DNA from: Narcine bancroftii
Lineage: Eukaryota
Assembly (NCBI RefSeq): GCF_036971445.1
Contig: NC_091477.1
Span: forward strand, 90,024,001-90,088,000
Direction of reading: 5' to 3'
DNA: 64,000 nt
In this document: piece after piece, positions 43,609-55,109 of the stretch
Numbering within the stretch: the first letter of the stretch is position 1
How the letters are laid out: every line of letters begins with the position of its first letter
The notes under the pieces: generated by a model
The model's database searches: none
Seen by the model: the letters and a program-made list of their open reading frames with translations, nothing else
What the model was told of the DNA's origin: nothing
Program-made: the position numbers and the translations under genes

Positions 43609-44392
43609 TTTTTTTTAAATTTTTTATTTTTCACACCATAAATCACATTAGCCATGATATACACTATTTCTTTTTCACACATATACAGTGACTTTTTCTC
43701 CCCCCCCCCTTTCCTCCCAAACCACCCCCCCACCCCCCCCCCTCTCATCCATTTTAGGTATACAATCTAGGTTGCATTAAGCCAGTCAGACAATGTTGTC
43801 ATTCAACAAAATTACACCAGAAATTCTACTGAGTCCATTCTTTTCTTTACTTCTCCTTCCATCAACTTAGGTAATGTTTGTCCCCGGTAGGTTTTCGCTA
43901 TTGTATTTAATGTAAGGCTCCTATACTTGTTTGAATATTTCAATATTATTTCTTAACCTATATGTTATTTTTTCTAATGGAATACATTTATTCATTTAAA
44001 TTTAGTAGTTTCTTCCTTTTAATTTGGTTATGTATTCCATTAATATTTAAAGACATATAGTTCAGCATAGCCCTTTTATATTTTGTTTATCTTCTCTTTC
44101 CGTTTTTCCATCATTACCTTTCCTCCTTTTCCATTTCTGTTTTCTTATTTTCAACTCTTTATAAGACAACATTCCTACAACATCCAACATTTTCCTTATT
44201 CTCCTATTTCTATCTTATTTATCCCCAATCTCCCCTTCATCTCCTGAGTTGTCCTTTATCCCTTGTCGGACAACCACATCTCCCCTCTCCATTTGGATTT
44301 GCGAATCCACTCGCAAGCGTCAACTGATTTTGCAGTGACCGCTATTTCCCCCCACCCCGCCTCCCCCAGAAAAGATTTCACTTTTCATATGT
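43609..44392 (-). mobile_element. Non-autonomous L1 deletion derivative, copy 1 (copy 2 at ~44514-45303)
   Basis: Poly(A) tail; 17-bp TSD GGCTCTGCAGTCTTCTT at 43592-43608 and 44393-44409; ORF2 N- and C-termini fused. Confidence 0.8.
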
Positions 44393-45427
44393 GGCTCTGC
44401 AGTCTTCTTCAAAGGAGGTTGCTGCCCGCCGAACTGTGAGGCGCCAAGATGCACGGTTGGAGGCGAGATCAGCCCACTGGCGGTGGTCAATGTGGCAGGC
44501 ACCAAGAGATTTCTTTTTTTTTTTTTTTTTAATTTTTTTATTTTTCACACCATAAATCACATTAGCCATGATATACACTATTTCTTTTTCACACATATAC
44601 AGTGACTTTTTCTCCCCCCCCCTTTCCTCCCAAACCACCCCCCCACCCCCCCCTCTCATCCATTTTAGGTATACAATCTAGGTTGCATTAAGCCAGTCAG
44701 ACAATGTTGTCATTCAACAAAATTACACCAGAAATTCTACTGAGTCCATTCTTTTCTTTACTTCTCCTTCCATCAACTTAGGTAATGTTTGTCCCCGGTA
44801 GGTTTTCGCTATTGTATTTAATGTAAGGCTCCTATACTTGTTTGAATATTTCAATATTATTTCTTAACCTATATGTTATTTTTTCTAATGGAATACATTT
44901 ATTCATTTAAATTTAGTAGTTTCTTCCTTTTAATTTGGTTATGTATTCCATTAATATTTAAAGACATATAGTTCAGCATAGCCCTTTTATATTTTGTTTA
45001 TCTTCTCTTTCCGTTTTTCCATCATTACCTTTCCTCCTTTTCCATTTCTGTTTTCTTATTTTCAACTCTTTATAAGACAACATTCCTACAACATCCAACA
45101 TTTTCCTTATTCTCCTATTTCTATCTTATTTATCCCCAATCTCCCCTTCATCTCCTGAGTTGTCCTTTATCCCTTGTCGGACAACCACATCTCCCCTCTC
45201 CATTTGGATTTGCGAATCCACTCGCAAGCGTCAACTGATTTTGCAGTGACCGCTATTTCCCCCCACCCCGCCTCCCCCAGAAAAGATTTCACTTTTCATA
45301 TGTGGCTCTGCAGTCTTCTTCAAAGGAGGTTGCTGCCCGCCGAACTGTGAGGCGCCAAGATGCACGGTTGGAGGCGAGATCAGCCCACTGGCGGTGGTCA
45401 ATGTGGCAGGCACCAAGAGATTTTTTT
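43609..45427. repeat. Near-identical tandem duplication, period 911 bp
   Basis: GGCTCTGCAGTC.. recurs at 44393 and 45304. By eye the copies differ only in homopolymer lengths. Confidence 0.9.
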
Positions 45428-46599
45428 AGGTAGTCCTTGTACTTTAATGCAATTAAAAAGAAAATGAAAAGAACAGAAGATAAAATGCAAAGGTTAGAAC
45501 TGGTCATGACAGAAATAGGGAAAAGAGTAGAGAATGTGGAAGAGCAGGAAAGGGCTGTAGAAATGGAAGTAAATGACTGAAGAGAAAAATTGGAAGAAAG
45601 TGACAAAAAAATTAAAGAGACACAGGAGTTGTTATCTCAGAAAATTGATATGTTGGAAAATTATAGTAGGTGAAACAACATAAAAATAGTGGGCCTGAAG
45701 GAGGGTGAAGAAGGCGCAGATATGAAGGAATTTATAAAAGGATGGATCCCGAAGGTCCTGGGAATGACAGAAATGCAGGAAGAAATGGAAATAGAAAGGG
45801 CACACAGAACACTAGCTCCGAAACCACAGGCACATCAAAAACCAAGATCCATCTTAGTAAAATTTTTGAGATACACAACAAGAGAAAATATACTGGAGCG
45901 GACAAGGAATAAAATTAGAGGAGATAATAAACCATTGGAATACAAGGGTCAAAAATATTTTTTTACCCAGACATAAATTTTGAACTATTAAAGAGGAGGA
46001 AGGAATTTAATACAACGAAATCAACTTTACGGAAAAAAGGTTACAAATTCATATTAAGACATCCAGCAGTGCTTAAAATATTTATATCCGGGGAGTAAAA
46101 CAGACTGTTCTTGGATCCAGAGAAAGCGCAAGAATTCGCAGAACGTTTGCAGGACAGGAGAAGAGAGGAAGAGATGTAACAAGAATGAAGAACAGCGATA
46201 AAATATATATAAAGATGTAAAAACAATGTATATGTAAAGAGCTAAAGAGGGAGAAGGGAAGGAAGAGAGTAAGGGGGAAAAAAGAAGACAGAGCTTTGTT
46301 ATATGTGTTTAAAAAAGTGTTCTGGAGAGGGCTGGTTTGAGGGGGAATAACTGTCACTGCAAAATTAGTTGATGCTGCGAACAAGATCACAATCCATATG
46401 GAAAGGGGAGTTGTGGTTCCCCGGCAAGGGATATGGGGAAACTCAGAGAGGGGGATCTTTTGGGGTTAAGGTATTAGTGGAAGTGGGAACTGCAGGGATA
46501 CTTCATGTCTTAAATGTGCTTTATACTGCAGCTGGCTGGAGGGACTGGCCCAGGTGCACCCGTGATACATATGAGAACTAATTGCTTGGCAATAAGATA

Positions 46600-47330
46600 T
46601 TTTTTATTAAGGTTTACAATAATACGAAGATGAAAGAGTACAATTATATAATGAAATACTAATTACAAGAAAAAGAAAAAACAAACCCCATAAATTGAAA
46701 ACCCCTACCACTATGCAAGGTTGGAAAAAACACTAACATATGGGTATCAAGTGATGACAACCTAGAAACAGACAGCACAGCATTGCAAGGTATGACAACC
46801 TTAAAACTTTAGATTATGATAATGGTCCATAAAAGGGTCCCATGTCTTAATGAAATTAATATTTGAATCTTTAATGGCATATCTAATTTTTTCTAAATTT
46901 AAGACATAATATCATTTAACCATTGTGTATGTGTAGCTGGAGTGTTATTTTTCCATTTAATCAAAGTCACACATCTGTCTATCAATGAAGTAAAAGATAA
47001 AACTCAGTTTTGAGTTGGTCAATAAAACATCATCATGAAATGATCCAAAAAGAGCAATTAAAGGGCAAGGTTCCAATTTAATCTTAAGAATCACTGATAA
47101 TGAAAAAAAAAAAAAAAAAAAAAAAGAATCACTGATAATGTTTGAAAAATATATTTCCAAAATTTTTCTAAACTAAGGCAAGTCCAAAACTTGTGAATAA
47201 AAGAAGCCTTAGCAATTTTACATTTGTCATATAAAGGGTTTATATCAGAGTAAAAATGAGATAATTTAGCTTTAGTCATATGTACTCTATGGATCATTTA
47301 AATTGCAATAAGCAATGCCGTGCACAAAGG
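46600..47330 (-). mobile_element. L1 ORF2 3' fragment inserted in the ERV 3' LTR
   Basis: IHRVHMTKAKLSHFYSDINPLYDKCK...HKFWTCLSLEKFW; T-tail at ~46600. Confidence 0.75.
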
Positions 47331-47639
47331 AAAGTCATATTAATCAGATTACAAATGGAATCCCAAACCTCATCAGAGAATGAAAGATTGAAATCCTGTT
47401 CCCAGTCTCTATTGATCTTAACTAACAAGGCCGTTCTTAAATCAAACAAAATGTTACAAATAAGAGATAGTAAACCTTAACAAGAAACCTGTAAATCAAA
47501 AAGTAAATCAAGAATATTTGCCTCAGATCTCTGCCAGAGAGATCAGGTGACCTTCCATATTTCAGCCCTCGGAAGTCACACCACCAGCCAATCCATTTAC
47601 AGGCTGGTACCCCACGGACATCTTCACACACAGCCAAAC

Positions 47640-48060
47640 TGGACCATACTCGCTGTTTTCCCACCAACTTCCCATAGCCCCAATAGGCCACCAGCTTCCC
47701 AATGGAGTGTGGTGTTCAAGGAACTGGTCCCTGGCTCATTTAATTCGTTCACTGACTCTTGTATGTGCCAAGTGAGTGATATTGGTCCGGAATGTAAGAG
47801 AAACACTTTACCAACAGCAGCACAGGTACTAACTCCTTTGGCTATGAGCAGGTAGTCGAGGGCCACCCAACTCTTCCATATGCCAAAGTGCTGCAGCTGT
47901 CTCGTTCATTTGCCTGGCTGCTCCCCCAGATTACTGAGGTTTATGATATCATGCATTCCAGATAGCAGTAGCTATACCATCCCATGGGGAGCCATAGATA
48001 GGCCAGGCGGCCACATTTCCAGTGCATACAGTTTAACACCAAGGGAGCACCCACCTTCAC
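47640..48060 (-). pseudogene. Retroviral env remnant (gamma-type SU C-terminus and TM ectodomain)
   Basis: WKCGRLAYLWLPMGWYSYCYL (47959-48021), then VALDYLLIAKGVSTCAAVGK and, after a frameshift, CFSYIPD. Confidence 0.75.
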
Positions 48061-51000
48061 TGGACCATCAATTGTGGGCACTGTCATGCCTGGATACTGT
48101 TCCTGCTGCAGTCACTGTATCCCTCCGATAGGTTGCACCAATGTTGGTTGTACTGTCTGAGCAAATGTTCCTTAGCCCTGCTCACTCTGAGATTCAGGAC
48201 TTTGTATGGGCCAAATTATGTGGAGGAAAATACCCACACAATTTGAAATTTCCCTTGAAATACCCACCCCACTGAAAGTTGCTGGATTAAAAGTTGTTAA
48301 TGATATGGGCTGAAGTTGGTTGGGGACCATTACCTCCCAGATTCCTCTAAAGTGGTATACCGAAACCTGTGGCACTGGACAATTCTCTCCCCCCCCCCCC
48401 CACCAAGTGTTTTTCTTGAATATTGGGAGGGATAATTTGGTGGCTCTGCTAGCATATTCGTGAGTCACTTGGAGATAGATGTGGCAGATTTTCCCACCAC
48501 TCAATAGCATCACCATCATTACTTCTAGTGTCTGCAGATGTGTCAACCTGTGAATGAGAACAAACTCACTCTCTCCAGATTAATCGGTGTGTGTAAGTGC
48601 TGGTCATTCATAGTCTGCACGCAACAACCTTCCTGTTATTCTATTCAGCAGAAATAATGACCCCAAAATCGCAATTCAGGGTTCCCACCATGTGTCAAGG
48701 TTGCCTAGGTTCATATTATGGATGGCACCAGTCCCAGCCACATTGGATGTGCCCCTTTTCCCATATGCGGCCATGGAGATATTGGGTGTCAGGTCTCCCG
48801 GCTGAAAAAGGGCCCCAAACAAATCCACCAGGTGACCTGGACCCAGTCCTACAGCAGCAGAGCAGTGGGTTGCCACCTACTGGTCAATCCCTGCTACTGC
48901 AGCAACTCCACCACCATTTCTTGCAAGGCTTTGATTTACGGACGAGGTAGGTCAAGTCTTGGGCGAGGGAGGAGCCAATGACAGGATGGGAAAACACATG
49001 CCTTTGGGGACGAATTTCCCCTCCCCCCTTAATAGTTGTTTCTACCTTCCATACCCAAGCACATGCTCCCCTTTCCATGTAGTCCAGTTCTTCCAGCAAG
49101 CGGATGATCTCCCTCACTCTCTTCCTGGCTGCAGATCCATACAAGGACAGAACAACCTCCTTCAGGTTGGTACAAACAGTGGTGACCAGGCGTCCCACCA
49201 TAGAGCTCTCAGGGGAGTCACAGTTGCGGGCACCCTGGTAGAGCCTAGTAACTAAATGCCATCCCCTAATGGCTCTTGTCCCATCCTCCACTGTACTCCA
49301 CTCTACCCCTGGTAATAGATATCTCTCCAGCAAAGAAGGGTACATAACCTGGACTGCTGCTACCATCCAGTCCCATAGGGATTCATTGCCCTCAATGGCC
49401 TCAGGCAGCAGCTGTTTCTTTGGTTTGACTTCGCAGATGAAGATTTAGGGAGGGGGTAAATGTCCACGTCAGCTGCAGGCTCGTTTGTGGCTGACAAGTC
49501 CGATGCGGGACAGGCAGACGCGGTTGCAGGGGAAAATTGGTTGGTTGGGAGCTAGGTTTTTTCTCCTTTGTCTTTTGTCAGTGAGGTGGGCTCTACGGTC
49601 TTCTTCAAAGGAGGTTGCTGCCCGCCGAACTGTGAGGCACCAAGATGCATGGTTTGAGGCGATATCAGCCCACTGGCGGTGGTCAATGTGGCAGGCACCA
49701 AGAGATTTCTTTAGGCAGTCCTTGTACCTCTTCTTTGATGCACCTCTGTCACGGTGGACAGTGGAGAGCTCGCCATATAACACGATCTTGGGAAGGCGAT
49801 GGTCCTCCATTCTGGAGACGTGACCTACCCAGCGCAGTTGGATCTTCAGCAGCGTGGATTCGATGCTGTCGGCCTCTGCCATCTCGAGTACTTCGATGTT
49901 AGGGATGAAGTCGCTCCAATGAATGTTGAGGATGGAGCGGAGACAACGCTGATGGAAGCATTCTTGGAGCCGTAGGTGATGCCGGTAGAGGACCCGTGAT
50001 TCGGAGCCGAACAGGAGTGTGGGTATGACAATGGCTCTGTATACGCTTATCTTTGTGAGGTTTTTCAGTTGGTTGTTTTTCCAGACTCTTTTGTGTAGTC
50101 TTCCAAAGGCGCTATTTGCCTTGGCGAGTCTGTTGTCTATCTCGTTGTCGATCCTTGCATCTGATGAAATGGTGCAGCCGAGATAGGTAAACTGGTTGAC
50201 CGTTTTGAGTTTTGTTTGCCTGATGGAGATGTCGGGGGGCTGGTAGTCATGGTGGGGAGCTGGCTGATGGAGGACCTCAGTTTTCTTCAGGCTGACTTCC
50301 AGGCCAAACATTTTGGCAGTTTCCGCAAAACAGGAAGTCAAGCGCTGAAGAGCTGGCTCTGAATGGGCAACTAAAGCGGCATCATCTGCAAAGAGTAGTT
50401 CACGGACAAGTTGCTCTTGTGTCTTGGTGTGAGCTTGCAGGCACCTCAGATTGAAGAGACTGCCATCCGTGCGGTACCGGATGTAAACAGCATCTTCATT
50501 GTTGAGGACTTTCATGGCTTGGTTCAGCATCATGCTGAAGAAGATTAAAAAGAGGGTTGGTGCGAGAACGCAGCCTTGCTTCACGCCATTGTTAATGGAG
50601 AAGGGTTCAGAGAGCTCATTGCTGTATCTGACCCGACCTTGTTGGTTTTCGTGCAGTTGGATAACCATGTTGAGGAACTTTGGGGGGCATCCGATGCGCT
50701 CTAGTATTTGCCAAAGCCCTTTCCTGCTCACGGTGTCAAAGGCTTTGGTGAGGTCAACAAAGGTGATGTAGAGTCCTTTGTTTTGTTCTCTGCACTTTTC
50801 TTGGAGCTGTCTGAGGGCAAAGACCATGTCAGTAGTTCCTCTGTTTGCGCGAAAGCCGCACTGTGATTCTGGGAGAACATTCTCGGCGACACTAGGTAGT
50901 ATTCTATTTAGGAGAATGCTAGCGAAGATTTTGCCTGCAATGGAGAGCAGCGTGATTCCCCTGTAGTTTGAGCAGTCTGATTTCTTGCCTTTGTTTTTGT

Positions 51001-52650
51001 ACAGGGTGATGATGATGGCATCACGAAGGTCCTGAGGCAGTTTTCCTTGGTCCCAACAAAGCTTGAAAAACTCATGCAGTTTGACATGCAGAGTTTTGCC
51101 GCCAGCCTTCCAGACCTCTGAGGGGATTCCATCCATACCTGCTGCTTTGCCACTTTTCAGTTGTTCAATTGCCTTATATGTCTCTTCCCGTGTGAGGACC
51201 TCATCCAGCTCTAGCCTTAGGGGCTGTTGAGGGAGCTGGAGCAGGGTGGAATCTTGGACTGAGCGGTTGGCACTGAAAAGAGATTGGAAGTGTTCTGACC
51301 ATCGGTTGAGGATGGAGATCTTGTCGCTGAGGAGGACTTTGCCATCTGAGCTGCGCAGCAGGCTTTGGATTTGGGGTGAGGGGCTGTACACAGCCTTTAG
51401 AGCCTCGTAAAAACCCCTGAAGTTGCCAATGTCCGCGCTGAGCTGGGTTCGTTTGGCGAGGCTAGTCCACCACTCATTTTGGATCTCCCGGAGTTTGCGC
51501 TGAAGATGGCTGCATGCGCGACGGAAGGCTTTTTTCTTTTCTGGCCAGGACGGCTTTGTAAGGTGAGCCTGGTGGGCATCTCACATCTTTGCCAGCAGCT
51601 CCTGGATTTCCTGGCTGTTTTCGTCGAACCAGTCCTTGTTTTTCCTGGAGGAGAAGCCCAGTACCTCTTCAGTGGATTGCAGTATGGTAGTCTTCAGCTG
51701 ATCCCAGAGGGTTTCAGGGGATGAGTCCGTGAGGCGGATTGCATCCTCGAGCTTTGCTTTGAGGTTTGCCTGGAAGTTTCCTCTCACTTCGTCTGACTGC
51801 AAGTTTCCAACATTGAACCTCTTTCTGGGGACTTTACTGTTCCTGGGCTTTGGCTTGAAGTGAAGGTTGAGCTTGCAGTGAACCAGCCGGTGGTCAGTGT
51901 GGCATTCCGTGTCGGGCATGACCCTGGTGTGGAGCACATCTCGTTTGTCTCTTTCTCGCACCAGGACGTAGTCCAGGAGGTGCTAGTGTTTGGATCGGGG
52001 ATGTATCCAGGTAGTCTTCAGGCTGTCCCTCTGCTGAAAAAGGGTGTTTGTAATGACAAGCCGCTGTTCTGCGCAGAGCTCCAACAGGAGGCGCCCATTG
52101 TCATTGCACTTTCCGACACCATGCTTGCCCAGGATTCCTGGCCAGGTTTCTGAGTCTTTGCCGATGCGAGCGTTGAAGTTGCCAAGGATGACAACCTTGT
52201 CGGCTGTAGGGGTGCGTTGAATGTGGTTGCGCAGGTCAGTGTAGAACTTGTCCTTTTCTGCTGGTTCCGCCTGGAGGGTTGGAGCATAGACACTGATGAG
52301 GGTGATGCGACGCTTGTTTTGAAGGGGGAGTCGCATGGACATGATCCGGTCCAAGTGGCCTGTCGGGAGGTTTTCGAGTTTGGAGGCAATAGAGTTCTTG
52401 ACCACGAAGCCTACACCAGATAGGCGTTGTTCATCCATAGGCTTGCCAGACCAGTAGAGTGTGTAGCCCGCGCCGCGTTCTTGGAGGCTGCCTGCAAGGC
52501 GGACTTCACTGAGAGCGGCTATGTCGATGTCAAGTCTGAGGAGTTCATGTGCAATGAGGGCAGACCGACGTTCAGGTCGGTGGCTGTCAGTCTTGTCTAG
52601 CATGGTTCTGATGTTCCAGCATGCTAGCTTGAGTTTGTGAGCATCTTTTG

Positions 52651-52890
52651 AGGGGGAGGACGTGGAGGGGGAGGACGTGGAGGGGGAGGACGTGGAGGGG
52701 AGGACGTGGAGGGGGAGGACGTGGAGGGGGAGGACGTGGAGGGGGAGGACGTGGAGGGGGAGGACGTGGAGGGGGAGGACGTGGAGGGGGAGGACGTGGA
52801 GGGGGAGGACGTGGAGGGGGAGGACGTGGAGGGGGAGGACGTGGAGGGGGAGGACGTGGAGGGGGAGGACGTGGAGGGGGAGGAAGTGGA
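52651..52890. repeat. 15-bp minisatellite (GGGGGAGGACGTGGA) x ~16
   Basis: Directly visible; one unit is 14 bp and the last reads GGAAGTGGA. Confidence 0.97.
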
Positions 52891-53109
52891 CCTGTCCTTG
52901 GGCCTGCGCAAAGGAGCTTTTAGGTGGAGTGCAGTGTGCGCAGTACTGGCCCCACCCTTTACACCCATGGTTCGTGTGCCGTGGCCAAGCAAGCTGGGAC
53001 ATGGCAGCGAGGTCCTTGGGTCGTAGGTTTTATATCGGAGTGGCCTTCTCCTATGCATGTTTTTTACCCGGGCTGGAGGGGCTTGCCTCCCCTCCTAGAT
53101 TGGACCATA

Positions 53110-53352
53110 CTGCCCGGACCGGGGCCGAGGCCGCCGCTGCTTTCCCTGTGCCCGGACCGGGGCCGCCGCCTCCTACTTTCTGCTCAGACCGGGGCCTCCG
53201 CCTGCCTCACTCAACCGAGGCCGGGGCCGCCGCCTCCCCTTAGCTCTTGCCCGGATCGGGGCCGCCGCCGCCTACCCTCTGCCCGGACCGGGGCCGCCGC
53301 CTCTTTCCCTGTGCCCGGACTGGGGCCGCTGCCTCCTTCTTTCTGCCCGGAC
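53110..53352. repeat. GC-rich ~31-bp tandem monomers at the RTE 5' end
   Basis: About 8 diverged units of TGCCCGGACCGGGGCCGCCGCC plus a pyrimidine spacer. Confidence 0.85.
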
Positions 53353-55109
53353 ATTGTTAATGGCCTGCTGACTCTCAGGATGCCTGCTTCCTGATGGGAC
53401 AGCTATCTTCACACCAGTACTGCTTTCATCCCAGATCCAGAGCAGCTGCATAGCCAGGGACTCGAAATGGCTTTTGCCAGTAGCGATTCCCCCAGGTTAG
53501 TTAACTTTTTAGCAGAGTACTCCCAGGTCTCAGTGGTCTCGCAGGGGCCTTGGGCATTACAACTTGCAGATTCCTGGCCCTCCTCCACATACCCATTTGA
53601 AAGCACCATCAGAGTGCCACTATATGGATTCTGGTCTGACCTTCAGGGGTTCAGACCTATAGGGCAGAGGATGTTCACAGTACTGATCTGCATCTTAACT
53701 ATCCTTGTTGTCCATCCAGATGTCCCCATCCCGCAATCAAGTACCGGTATCATAGTTCGGATCTTGTCAGGGTACGACTACCAGGTAGCCCAATGAGCCA
53801 CATTCCATTGCTGCATTTTGACTAGCCTGCACACTAGTTCACTGCCTGTATATTCCAGCTCTTTGGGACAGGCTTGCATGACCTGGGCTACTCTCAGCAT
53901 CTCCACCTCACCTTACCTTTCGACTGGGTATTTTCCTGTTCTTGTTTCCCCAGGGCTTCGTGCTGGCCCCTGAGGACAGCTGCCAGTGGCCACAAAGTGC
54001 TTCTCTGGCTCCCCTTACAAAATAGTGCCCTATCTCCTCCCATTGTGGGTCCAGTCTATTGGACTAATCCACAGATTTGCCATGGTCTGCCAGCAGGCTG
54101 GCCAGGCTGTCAGATGCAGCATTAGCATCGGTCTGTCCTTCTTGTTAGCCCTGTTTGTAAGAATGCACAACAGGAGGGTTATGCATGCATGCTAATCAAT
54201 ACTGTAAAAAACAGCACAACTGCATGTGTCCTTGAAGCTCCTTGAACCCTACTTGCAGCACCCATTGTGATGCTAAAGAATAGGTTCCGAAGAGTCCTGG
54301 ACATGTGTTAGTAGCAAACTATAGTCTTTATTTACATATGAAGGAATTCACAACAGGAAACACTCACACACATATACAAAGCAATAACACCCAGCTCATG
54401 CACATTGGATGCCAATTCATCAGACAATTGCAACTCATGGTTGTGATGCAAGGGTTACACAAACAATACCCACCACCCCCTCTTCAATAAGCACTAATTA
54501 ACACAGGAACACTAATCCAGTTACAATTTACAAAGAATGAATCACGGGAGTCTTTCCCGGGTGTATGCCACAATAGTCCGCATGCTGTACTGGCATACAC
54601 CAACTACACAACTGGTTCTCCAGCATCATCCATGGCTTCCAAACTGGACCGGACCCCTCACAATTGGTCTTCCAACGTCGACCCTTGCTTGCAACCTGAA
54701 ATGAAAATCTGGGATCTTCTCAAGGGAAAAATGAGAGCAAGCTGGTCGATGTGGTGGGCTTTATACTGCAGCCGGCTGGAGGTGCTGGCCCAGGTGTGCC
54801 CACATGACCTGTGAGATCCAATTTCATGGCAGATTCACCTGTGGGCTGATCTAATCCTAAATTGGAAGATGAGGTGAAGACCTGTTTCCAGCTGGAGAGA
54901 TTAGGTGACCTTCTGTATAACAATATTTTATTTGATATTATAAAAATAGAACATGGTGTTTGGGGTATAATGGCAGACATGTTTGAGGTGCAAAATTATA
55001 TATTCCAGATTATATTTTAGGTTTTTAAGTTATGTTAGTGCTGGAAATTGGTGTTAAAATCGGCCTATTGAACTGCAGAATAGTCAATTGTGTTCTAATG
55101 TCCTAATGC

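Larger units (their letters stand above)
43414..45442 (-). mobile_element. 5'-truncated RTE carrying two copies of an L1-derived insert
   Basis: RTE 3' sequence in three pieces; 8-bp TSD TTTAATGC at 43406-43413 and 45443-45450. Confidence 0.85.
42654..46515 (+). mobile_element. L1 5' UTR, ORF1 and inter-ORF remnant, split by nested insertions at 43414-45442
   Basis: Coiled-coil then LENYSR.NNIKIVGLKEGEEG...EIERAHRTLAPKP...PRSILVKFLRY (L1 ORF1p). Confidence 0.8.
49415..53352 (-). mobile_element. Near full-length RTE-clade LINE (APE endonuclease + RT), inserted in ERV gag
   Basis: WNIRT..RPERRSALIAHEL..DIAALSEVRL (EN); NYRGITLLS, FVDLTKAFD, GVKQGCVLAP, LLFADD (RT). One frame with only two in-frame stops, at 51983 and 51581. 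Confidence 0.95.
46518..54922 (-). mobile_element. Decayed class III (ERV-L/ERV-S-like) endogenous retrovirus: 5'LTR-PBS(Ser)-gag-(pol deleted)-env-3'LTR remnant
   Basis: 5' LTR 54922-54266 (TG..CA, TATAAA 54760-54765, AATAAA 54327-54332), PBS 54264-54246, ERV-L gag motifs, gamma-type env motifs, 3' LTR pieces at 47564-47530 and 46560-46518. Confidence 0.75.

Noticed and set aside
52651-53352. Regular repeats as a CRISPR-like array
   Set aside because: No unique spacers, eukaryotic context, and the repeats are part of a LINE.
52624-53394. RGG-rich, EDVEG and WRGRT repeat ORFs resembling RNA-binding proteins
   Set aside because: These are translations of the 15-bp minisatellite and RTE monomers on the non-coding strand.
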